18,158 nt of DNA from Verrucomicrobiota bacterium (GTDB lineage Bacteria; Verrucomicrobiota; Verrucomicrobiia; Limisphaerales; CANJXF01). Location: the NCBI GenBank assembly GCA_038214755.1, contig JBBQRQ010000104.1, forward strand, positions 1 through 18,158. The letters are read 5' to 3'. Under the pieces are notes generated by a model. The model ran no database searches. It was not told the origin of the DNA and was given only the letters and a program-made list of their open reading frames with translations. This document shows, one piece after another, positions 8,394-15,289 of this stretch. A program made the translations under genes and the position numbers. Each line of letters starts with the position of its first letter. Position 1 is the first letter of the stretch.

Positions 8394-8543
8394 TCTCATT
8401 AACACCCTGCTTTAGCTGGGTGAATACTGCGCCATGAAACACAGAACCGTTTTAACGGTTTCTCGATCGTCATCCAAACCGTTAAAACGGTTCTTATTTT
8501 CTCGCGTTCACTGACACCCAGCTAAAGCAGGGTGTTAATGAGA
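8394..8543. repeat. 150-bp nested palindromic element (REPIN/MITE-like)
   Basis: perfect 29-bp outer IR (8394-8422 / 8515-8543) and perfect 19-bp inner IR (8443-8461 / 8476-8494). Confidence 0.9.
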
Positions 8544-8603
8544 TTCTTCCAAACAAATCTTTCGATTCTCAAAGGCCAGGTTAAGAATTTCAAAAAAGGT
8601 TTT

Positions 8604-9347
8604 TCAAACCCCTCGTTCATCGGGTGGCCAAATGAATTTGTGCATCTGCAATTGGAAGCGGACGGGCAGCGCATCCGTGATGATTTTTTCAACCAGTTCT
8701 TTCCGTGAAATAGGCGTTTGTCCCGCGGGAACTTTTTTTAACGACTTATCTTGTTGATGCGGCTGGAGCGGCGCGACCCAGGAAAAAAGCAACGGGCAAG
8801 TATTTTCCAACTTGTGTTCAAAGATTTTTTCTTTCGCCCAATCGTAATCCTGCTGTGTCCCGATGACGAATTTGATTTCGTCGGTCGCCTTCAGGTGCGG
8901 AAGATTTCCCCAATGATTTTTTTCCGACTCGCCGCTGCTGGGACATTTCAAATCCATGATGCGATGGACGCGCGGATCAACCTGTGAAATGTCGAGCGCT
9001 CCGCTGGTTTCGACCAGGACCGTGAAGCCGTCATCGCAAAGCGATTGCATGAGCGGGAGAGAATTTTTTTGGAGCAACGGTTCGCCGCCGGTCAATTCAA
9101 CCAATGGGAGTCTTAAGTTTTGAGATTCGAGATTTGAGTGGGAAAACGGCGCCGCGAGGCGTTGGATTTCCGAGCGAATTTCTGCGAGCGAATTCTTTTT
9201 CCCCTCGGTGAAAGCGTAAGTCGTGTCGCAATAGGAGCAGCGCAAGTTGCACGCGGTTAGCCGGACAAAAATGCAAGGCAACCCGGCGAATGTGCTCTCG
9301 CCCTGAATGCTCAAATAAATTTCGTTGATGGTGAGGGTATCGGACAT
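8604..9347 (-). CDS. queE: 7-carboxy-7-deazaguanine synthase QueE (radical SAM)
   Basis: EIYLSIQGE, FVRL..CNLRCSYCDT (CX3CX2C), LTGGEPLLQ, ETSG, EIKFV, C-terminal QMHK.IW....GV. Confidence 0.9.
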   Translation of the reverse strand: MSDTLTINEIYLSIQGESTFAGLPCIFVRLTACNLRCSYCDTTYAFTEGKKNSLAEIRSEIQRLAAPFSHSNLESQNLRLPLVELTGGEPLLQKNSLPLMQSLCDDGFTVLVETSGALDISQVDPRVHRIMDLKCPSSGESEKNHWGNLPHLKATDEIKFVIGTQQDYDWAKEKIFEHKLENTCPLLFSWVAPLQPHQQDKSLKKVPAGQTPISRKELVEKIITDALPVRFQLQMHKFIWPPDERGV

Positions 9348-9352
9348 CGCTG

Positions 9353-9613
9353 CTAAAAAAGTTTGTTATATTCTTCGTGCGTGCCGATCCATTCCCAAAC
9401 AAATTCTTTGCCGGCGAATTTCCCAACCACTCGATAATGATCTCCAACGCGCGCTGACCAGTTCGATCTGCCGATGCGCTTGAAATGGAGCGAGGGGTGA
9501 AACGCGTTACCGGACCAAAGTCGAAAATTTTTCCGAGCCAGCGTTTTAGTTTGAACGGGCAGCAGTCGATACGCCTGCCAAAACTCTGGCGTGCCTCGGC
9601 TGGGAATTGTCAC
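9353..9613 (-). CDS. RelE/ParE-superfamily toxin
   Basis: 86 aa basic protein; FWQAY..LP, HPSLHFKRI, WSARVG.HYR, WIGTHEEY; GTG start overlaps upstream stop (GTGA). Confidence 0.8.
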   Translation of the reverse strand: MTIPSRGTPEFWQAYRLLPVQTKTLARKNFRLWSGNAFHPSLHFKRIGRSNWSARVGDHYRVVGKFAGKEFVWEWIGTHEEYNKLF

Positions 9614-9831
9614 GGCGCTTCGAGAATTTTATCCAGCGGAACAGTTTGGGCTGAGGCGTGGGATCGATCGGCATCGCTGTTCAAAGAATCAAACTTACCC
9701 GCAGCAACATCGGCTTTCATCTGACGATCCCAATGGTCGTCTTTCCAACCACAGAGTTCCGAAATAATTTCCGCGCGTTCTTCGATAGAAAGCTTGGTCA
9801 TTGCCGATTTAATTTCTTCGACGGTGCTCAT
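9610..9831 (-). CDS. putative cognate antitoxin
   Basis: 73 aa acidic protein; MSTVEEIK.A..KLS.EERA, WDRQM.AD..AGK.D; directly upstream of and overlapping the toxin. Confidence 0.75.
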   Translation of the reverse strand: MSTVEEIKSAMTKLSIEERAEIISELCGWKDDHWDRQMKADVAAGKFDSLNSDADRSHASAQTVPLDKILEAP

Positions 9832-9837
9832 GCAAAT

Positions 9838-9865
9838 AATTTAGAGAAACGGCGAAATAAAACAA
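9838..9865 (-). promoter_or_regulatory. candidate sigma70 promoter for a leaderless antitoxin transcript
   Basis: TTGTTT-N16-TAAATT-N6-ATG, no Shine-Dalgarno visible. Confidence 0.4.
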
Positions 9866-9875
9866 GGCCGCTTAA

Positions 9876-11595
9876 CCCGCATTTCTCACCAACTAATTTT
9901 TGAAGTGGTTCGGGAGCGATTTTGGGGAGGAAAAACCGAGGGGTGAGGCAGGATCGGTTCAGAGTGCGCTCACTTTTTCTTTCTGACGGCTTTTCGAGGT
10001 CCAAACTTCCGTGTGGGTGGGGTTTTTGAGCGTGGACTTCCCGGGCGTTGTCGCCAGATCTCAATTTCTCGTGAAAGAAAATAATTTCTTTCAGCCGCCC
10101 GCTTCACGCAGGCGTCCGGCCACCAGCGCAAACATCTCCCGCCACGGCCAGGCGCTGCTCAAGCTCACCCGCACCCGCCGCACGCTCACCCGCACCACCG
10201 CCCCAATCTTCAAGAGCCGCGTCCGGATGGTGCCGCAGGTGGCTCGCGCCAGTTCGGTTCCCCGCAATCCCACCCGCCGCAACTGGTTCATCAATAAATA
10301 GGCGCACGTCGAAAACCAGAGCCGCAGTTGGTTGGCCCTCATTGTCCCCGTGCTGGTGCGGTCGGCGTATAAATCCAACTGCTGTTCTTTGATCCGGTTT
10401 TCCATGTCGCCGCGTCCGCAATATTCTTTTTCGTAAAGTTCCCGCGCGTCGAACTCCAGCGGGTTTTCGTTGGTGATGATGAAACGCGGGTTGGCCTCTC
10501 CCTGGGTCCATTCGGCTTTGCCGATGACCCAGCGCGGCGCCAACCATTTCTCCGCCCGGTAAATCATCTCGACAAAGACCCGCGCCGGTTTTCCGCCGTC
10601 GGCTTCGGAGAGTTGCCGGGCTTTGGCCAAACTGGATTTCATTTTGCGTTCGAGCACCGCGTTGCGCGCCAGACCGAAAAGGTACTTCACGCCGTGGAGT
10701 TCGCACCACGTCAGCAACGCGTCGCGGCAGAAACCGCTGTCGCCGCGCAGACGGATTTTAATTTGCGGAAATCGTTTGCGCAAAGCGGCTGTGATCTTTT
10801 GCACTTTTTCCAACGCGCCGTCGCTGGCGTCGCGGTCACTGGTGCGCAGCCACGCCAGCACCGGCCAGTCGCCGTCGAAAATGTAGAGCGGCAAATAACA
10901 ATAACCGTCGTAGTAACCGTGGAAAAATTTGCCTTCCTGCTCGCCGTGCAACGGATCATCGGTCGCGTCCAGATCCAGCGTGAGGGCCTTCGTGTTTTTG
11001 GCCAGCGAGCGCACGTATTCGGCGATGAAAAAATCTTCGAGCACTTCCGGATCGCTCGCGATTTTTTTGTAACGGGCGCTGGCATCGGCGTCGGCGGGAG
11101 TCAGTTCCAGACGGTTGAGCGTGCTTTTGCCGGAGAGCGCTTTGCCTTGGTCCTCCTGACGATGGCGCTGTTGGCCGAGCGGATCTTTTTTGCCGCAGAG
11201 ACTGGCCAGGAGCGGATCGCGGCAGAGCTGGTCGTGATCGTTGAGATCTTCGTAACCCAGGGCGAGGCCGTAAATGCGCTGGCGCAAGAGTTCCAGAAGC
11301 GTGTGTTCGATGAGTTCGGGGTCGCGATGATCGGTGAAACAGTTGGCGAAACGCTGGAGATAGCCGTGACTGCGATCCAGCCGGGCCAGCAACACGCCGC
11401 CGCCGTCACTGGAGACATGGCCGGCGTCAAAATCAACGGTGAGCGGGCGCGAGGTTAGTTCTGGAAAAAGCAACGACTGCTGGTTACAGTCTGTCGCAGA
11501 GGCGGAATCGTTGGAGTGGGTCATAACTGGTTATTGCTAAACAGTCTGACCCACTCCCCTTCCGCCTTGTTCACTCTATTGGTGAGAAATGCGGG
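9876..11595 (-). mobile_element. complete IS1380-family insertion sequence, 1720 bp
   Basis: perfect 17-bp TIRs cccgcatttctcaccaa (9876-9892) / ttggtgagaaatgcggg (11579-11595); flanking TTAA at 9872-9875 and 11596-11599. Confidence 0.93.
10091..11524 (-). CDS. IS1380-family DDE transposase
   Basis: 477 aa; SSDGG, LGYEDLND, LDLDATDDPLHGEQEG, YCYLPL, LRGDSGF, Y..RG.MENRIKE, ANQLRL. Confidence 0.95.
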   Translation of the reverse strand: MTHSNDSASATDCNQQSLLFPELTSRPLTVDFDAGHVSSDGGGVLLARLDRSHGYLQRFANCFTDHRDPELIEHTLLELLRQRIYGLALGYEDLNDHDQLCRDPLLASLCGKKDPLGQQRHRQEDQGKALSGKSTLNRLELTPADADASARYKKIASDPEVLEDFFIAEYVRSLAKNTKALTLDLDATDDPLHGEQEGKFFHGYYDGYCYLPLYIFDGDWPVLAWLRTSDRDASDGALEKVQKITAALRKRFPQIKIRLRGDSGFCRDALLTWCELHGVKYLFGLARNAVLERKMKSSLAKARQLSEADGGKPARVFVEMIYRAEKWLAPRWVIGKAEWTQGEANPRFIITNENPLEFDARELYEKEYCGRGDMENRIKEQQLDLYADRTSTGTMRANQLRLWFSTCAYLLMNQLRRVGLRGTELARATCGTIRTRLLKIGAVVRVSVRRVRVSLSSAWPWREMFALVAGRLREAGG

Positions 11596-11605
11596 TTAAG
11601 GCAAA

Positions 11606-11669
11606 GTGCTGCCGAGATTCTCTTGGCAGTCCGTATTCAAACCTTCTGTCGACAGAATGTCGGCAGCAC
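11606..11669. repeat. REP-like doublet
   Basis: 24-bp inverted arms 11606-11629 / 11646-11669 (20/24 match), each a self-hairpin. Confidence 0.75.
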
Positions 11670-11680
11670 GTTCCCACCGA

Positions 11681-11708
11681 TTGACCCGCATTACACTGCT
11701 GCTACGCT
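11681..11708 (+). promoter_or_regulatory. candidate extended -10 promoter for a leaderless gdhA transcript
   Basis: TTGACC-N16-TACGCT with TG one base upstream of the -10, 6 nt before ATG. Confidence 0.45.
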
Positions 11709-11714
11709 CGATTT

Positions 11715-12971
11715 ATGGAAATCTACGATCACCCCATTTTTCGCATGGCGTGCCAGCAATTCGATCTGGTGGCGGATCGATTGCAAATCCCAGGCAACGA
11801 TCGCGCACGATTGAAATTTCCCAAACGCTCCCTGATTGTCGCGCTGCCGATTCGTTGCGACGACGGCTCGGTCAAAGTTTTTTCCGGCTATCGCGTGCAG
11901 CATCATTTGACGCTCGGCCCGACAAAAGGCGGCTTGCGTTTTCATCCTGACGTCGCGCTCGGAGAAGTCGCGGCGCTGGCCATGTGGATGAGTTGGAAAT
12001 GCGCGTTGGCCGGGTTGCCCTACGGCGGCGCTAAAGGCGGAATTACCTGTGACCCGCGCGCATTATCCATCAGCGAACTCGAACGGCTCACGCGCCGTTA
12101 CACGCAGGAAATGATTCCGTTCATCGGGCCGCAAGTCGATGTCATGGCGCCCGACCTCGGCACGAACGAACAGACGATGGCGTGGATGATGGACACCTAT
12201 TCGACTTATTCCGGCCACAGCGTTCCGAGCATCGTGACGGGAAAACCGGTTTCGCTTGGCGGCTCGCTTGGTCGCCGCGAATCGACCGGTCGCGGCGTCG
12301 CTTATCTCATCAATCGCACAATGGACACCATTGGGCTGAACGCCAGCGAAGCAACCGCCGTCGTGCAAGGTTTCGGAAACGTCGGCTCGGTCGCGGCATT
12401 CTCATTGGCGAAATACGGCGTGAAAGTCATCGCGGCGAGCGACGCGAGCGGCGGACTTTTCAATGCCAAAGGAATCAATCTTTGGGAATTGGAGAAATAC
12501 GTTTTGGAAACAAAAAGCGTTGTTGGCTTCAAAGAAGCGGAGCCAATCAGCAATGAAAAATTGTTGGAATTGAAGTGCGACATTCTTGTTCCCGCCGCGT
12601 TGGAACAACAGATCACAGAAAAAAATGCCGCGAAAATTCGATGTCGCATTTTAGCCGAAGCTGCCAACGGCCCCACCACGCCCGAAGCCGACGTGATTTT
12701 GGAACAGCGTCCGGAAATTTTCATCATCCCCGATATTCTCTGCAACGCGGGCGGTGTGATCGTTTCCTATTTCGAGTGGGTGCAGGATTTGCAAAGTTTT
12801 TTTTGGACGGAAACGGAAGTGATGGACAAACTTTTTCGCATTCTGGAAACGGCCTTCACGCAAACACTCACCATGAGTCGCAAAGAAAAAATCACGATGC
12901 GTCTGGCGGCGATGAGTCTGGGAGTAAAACGCGTTCAGGAAGCAAAGAGAATTCGCGGGTTGTTTCCGTGA
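11715..12971 (+). CDS. gdhA: Glu/Leu/Phe/Val dehydrogenase, probably glutamate dehydrogenase
   Basis: 418 aa; GYRVQH, KGGLRF, KCA..GLPYGGAKGG, APDLGT, VTGKP, QGFGNVG, EAANGP, NAGGVIVSYFEWVQ. Confidence 0.93.
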   Translation: MEIYDHPIFRMACQQFDLVADRLQIPGNDRARLKFPKRSLIVALPIRCDDGSVKVFSGYRVQHHLTLGPTKGGLRFHPDVALGEVAALAMWMSWKCALAGLPYGGAKGGITCDPRALSISELERLTRRYTQEMIPFIGPQVDVMAPDLGTNEQTMAWMMDTYSTYSGHSVPSIVTGKPVSLGGSLGRRESTGRGVAYLINRTMDTIGLNASEATAVVQGFGNVGSVAAFSLAKYGVKVIAASDASGGLFNAKGINLWELEKYVLETKSVVGFKEAEPISNEKLLELKCDILVPAALEQQITEKNAAKIRCRILAEAANGPTTPEADVILEQRPEIFIIPDILCNAGGVIVSYFEWVQDLQSFFWTETEVMDKLFRILETAFTQTLTMSRKEKITMRLAAMSLGVKRVQEAKRIRGLFP

Positions 12972-13012
12972 AATGAATCGCTGCTCAGTTTCAACGAACG
13001 GCCTTGACCGCT

Positions 13013-13047
13013 GTCTCACATGAGACTATCTATAGTCTCAAATGATC
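13013..13047 (+). promoter_or_regulatory. candidate Xre operator array overlapping the -10 box
   Basis: gtctca-ca-tgagac (13013-13026) and tgagacta-tcta-tagtctca (13021-13040); TATAGT at 13031-13036, 5 nt before ATG. Confidence 0.6.
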
Positions 13048-13500
13048 GCCACATTAACAAAGACCAAAGCCAGAAAAATTGCAAACGCAGGCGTCGTGGA
13101 CGTTTGCGTTTATGGCGCGTCGAGAAAACTCGCTCCATCGAAAATGATCGAGGCCATTCACACTGGCCTGCCGATTCACGAACTGAACGCTTTGCAGGAG
13201 ACTCTCGATGTGCCAATGGACAAACTCGCCGCCAAGCTTGGCATTTCAAAAGCCACGCTCCATCGGCGAAAGGTCGAAGGGCGGCTTGATTCGGCGGAGT
13301 CCGACCGCGTGGTGCGCTTTGCCCGGCTCATGGGAAATGCGATCAAGATTTTTGGGAGCGTCGAGGACGCGCGCGCCTGGTTGAACGCGCCGCAATTTGG
13401 TTTGGGCGGCGCCGTGCCATTGGATTATGCGGAAACGGAAATCGGAGCGCGTGAAGTCGAGAATCTTTTGGGGCGGATTGAATACGGTGTTTATTCGTGA
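13042..13500 (+). CDS. Xre/MbcA/ParS-type antitoxin
   Basis: HTH LGISKATLHRRK..GRL...ESDR, C-terminal A..WL..P..GLGG..PL...T..GA.EV..LLGRIEYGVYS. Confidence 0.92.
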   Translation: MIATLTKTKARKIANAGVVDVCVYGASRKLAPSKMIEAIHTGLPIHELNALQETLDVPMDKLAAKLGISKATLHRRKVEGRLDSAESDRVVRFARLMGNAIKIFGSVEDARAWLNAPQFGLGGAVPLDYAETEIGAREVENLLGRIEYGVYS

Positions 13501-13955
13501 TCACAGGTTGGCGCATCGTTCCAGAGCAACGCGCCGAGGATGCTTTCGTCGGCGAAGGCGCAAAGCTTTTCGGCGGTCGTTGGAATTCGCCGGGAGCCGC
13601 AGTCGTGTATGGCAGCCAACACAAATCTCTGGCCGCTTTGGAACAGCTCGTCCATTTCAATCCGTTGATCCCAAATCGATTTCAATCTTTTCGATTTCAA
13701 TTTCCGCCGTCGTTCGTGAAAAAAATCTCGCCGCGACATCTGCCTAAAGACTGGCAGCAAGAACCGCCTCCGCCCTCGACGCAGCAAATGGGCGACGCTT
13801 GGCTGCGGGAATTGCGCTGCGCCGTGCTCGCCGTCCCGAGCATCATTGTGCCGGAAGAATGGAATTATCTTCTCAATCCGGCGCATCTTGATTTTAAAAA
13901 AATCAGGATTGGAAAAGCGGAAAAATTTTTCTTCGATCCTCGTTTGACGAGTTGA
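13497..13955 (+). CDS. RES domain toxin
   Basis: G.GA...GGRWNSPG, Y.S...SLA.LE.LVH, VPS.IVP.E.N.LLNP.H; R, E and S residues present; GTGA overlap with antitoxin. Confidence 0.92.
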   Translation: MITGWRIVPEQRAEDAFVGEGAKLFGGRWNSPGAAVVYGSQHKSLAALEQLVHFNPLIPNRFQSFRFQFPPSFVKKISPRHLPKDWQQEPPPPSTQQMGDAWLRELRCAVLAVPSIIVPEEWNYLLNPAHLDFKKIRIGKAEKFFFDPRLTS

Positions 13956-13974
13956 GAAGAGGCGCAAAAAAGGT

Positions 13975-14046
13975 GGAACGCCGATCTCCTGATCGGCTCG
14001 TGGAAAATGTGGAGTGTTTCAATGCCGATCAGGAGATCGGCGTTCC
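13975..14046. repeat. REP-like doublet with perfect 23-bp arms; possible terminator role
   Basis: ggaacgccgatctcctgatcggc (13975-13997) / gccgatcaggagatcggcgttcc (14024-14046). Confidence 0.88.
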
Positions 14047-14137
14047 GTTGCCACACGTTTCGAGGAGATTTGAAACCTGCAATTTACTGAGATGCGCCTT
14101 TCGACGAAGCATTTTGAAATTCTAATTCTGAGCTTCG

Positions 14138-14215
14138 TTAGTAACCAACCAGCAGCTAAGGTTTGTCGCGGTCGGAATTCAGCTTGAATCGCGCGGATGC
14201 GCCTTCAACGAAAAC
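14138..14215 (-). pseudogene. orphan decayed copy of the last 25 codons (stop included) of lptD
   Basis: aligns to 15290-15365 with 6 substitutions and a 2-nt insertion; includes the TAA stop. Confidence 0.9.
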
Positions 14216-14272
14216 CTGAGCGTATTTCGCGGTTGCAACTTCTGCAGGCTTCCGCAGCTTTCGTGAATTGCC

Positions 14273-15286
14273 ATGAATCTGAAAAAAGGGATTTTATCCA
14301 TCGCAGTGGGTTTGTTGTTAATCGCCGTTGCTTTTCTTTTCATCAAACCATCTCCGAGTCCAACGACAAAATTGCCGAACCCAAACGGCTACGATGATTT
14401 GGTGAAGGCGGGACAAATGTTCGTGGGTGATCTGCCCGATTGCGTCTGGGATAAATTGGACGACGAATGCCTGGAAAAAACGCGGACGTTTTTAAAAGCG
14501 AACAGCGAGGCTTTGAAACTGGCTCGCCTCGGTTTGAGCCGCGATTCTCGCGTGCCCGTTCAATACTCGCAGGCCTACATATCGAAGCTTTTGCCGGAGT
14601 TATCTGCATTCAGGCGCTTGGCCCAAACGCTCGTGGTGGAAGGAAAAGTTGCCGAGAAGGAAAATCGAATAGATGACGCGATTCAAAGTTATCTCCATAC
14701 GGCGCAACTGAATGAAAAGCTTCGAGGATCCTTGATGATAGAATCACTGGTTGGGCTGGCGGTGGAACCGATGGGTCTGGGTCCCTTGCAAAAACTAGCG
14801 ACGCGCATGACTCGAAATCAGCGGCGGGTAGTAATTAAGAATTTGATCGAACTTTATTCCGAGCGCGATTCGCTGGACGAGATAATGGTGCGCGAGAGAA
14901 ATTACGTTCGACGTGCTTACGGAATTCGGGACCAATTTGTAGTTCTCGCCCAATCCATTTTTACCATGAGAGCAACCCAACGAAAATATGAACACACCTT
15001 GAAGTATAAACGAACTCGGCTGGGTTTGTTCCTGGTTGAACTTGCTGCACAAAATTTTCAATTGGAAAAAAAGCGTTCGCCTAAAACACTTCAAGAGTTG
15101 GTTCCAGAATATTTGCCGTTCCTCCCCAAGGACGATTTTAGCGGAAAGGATTTTATTTATCATCCGTTGACGAATGGATATTTGCTTTATGGCGTTGGCC
15201 CGGATGGAAAGGATGACGGGGGAAGACCGTTGTCTAATCGCACTGGCAAAGCGACGGGCGACATGCTGACATCTTCCCCTTTTTGA
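14273..15286 (+). CDS. hypothetical membrane-anchored protein with a GspG/pseudopilin-like C-terminal motif
   Basis: 337 aa; N-terminal hydrophobic helix, PNPNGY, helical middle, C-terminal P..L.ELVP.YL...P.D.F...F.Y.....Y.LYGVGPDGKDDGG. Confidence 0.8.
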   Translation: MNLKKGILSIAVGLLLIAVAFLFIKPSPSPTTKLPNPNGYDDLVKAGQMFVGDLPDCVWDKLDDECLEKTRTFLKANSEALKLARLGLSRDSRVPVQYSQAYISKLLPELSAFRRLAQTLVVEGKVAEKENRIDDAIQSYLHTAQLNEKLRGSLMIESLVGLAVEPMGLGPLQKLATRMTRNQRRVVIKNLIELYSERDSLDEIMVRERNYVRRAYGIRDQFVVLAQSIFTMRATQRKYEHTLKYKRTRLGLFLVELAAQNFQLEKKRSPKTLQELVPEYLPFLPKDDFSGKDFIYHPLTNGYLLYGVGPDGKDDGGRPLSNRTGKATGDMLTSSPF

Positions 15287-15289
15287 ATT

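Noticed and set aside
8604..9347. queE as part of a 7-deazaguanine DNA-modification (dpd) defence island
   Set aside because: No dpdA, queC, queD or folE nearby; the context is housekeeping
9828..10064. 78-aa ORF running out of the IS and overlapping the antitoxin ATG
   Set aside because: Crosses the IS boundary and has no recognisable motif; the overlap is plausible by chance
10104..11458. long alternative-frame and antisense ORFs inside the transposase (201 aa, 281 aa)
   Set aside because: Typical shadow ORFs of GC-rich coding DNA
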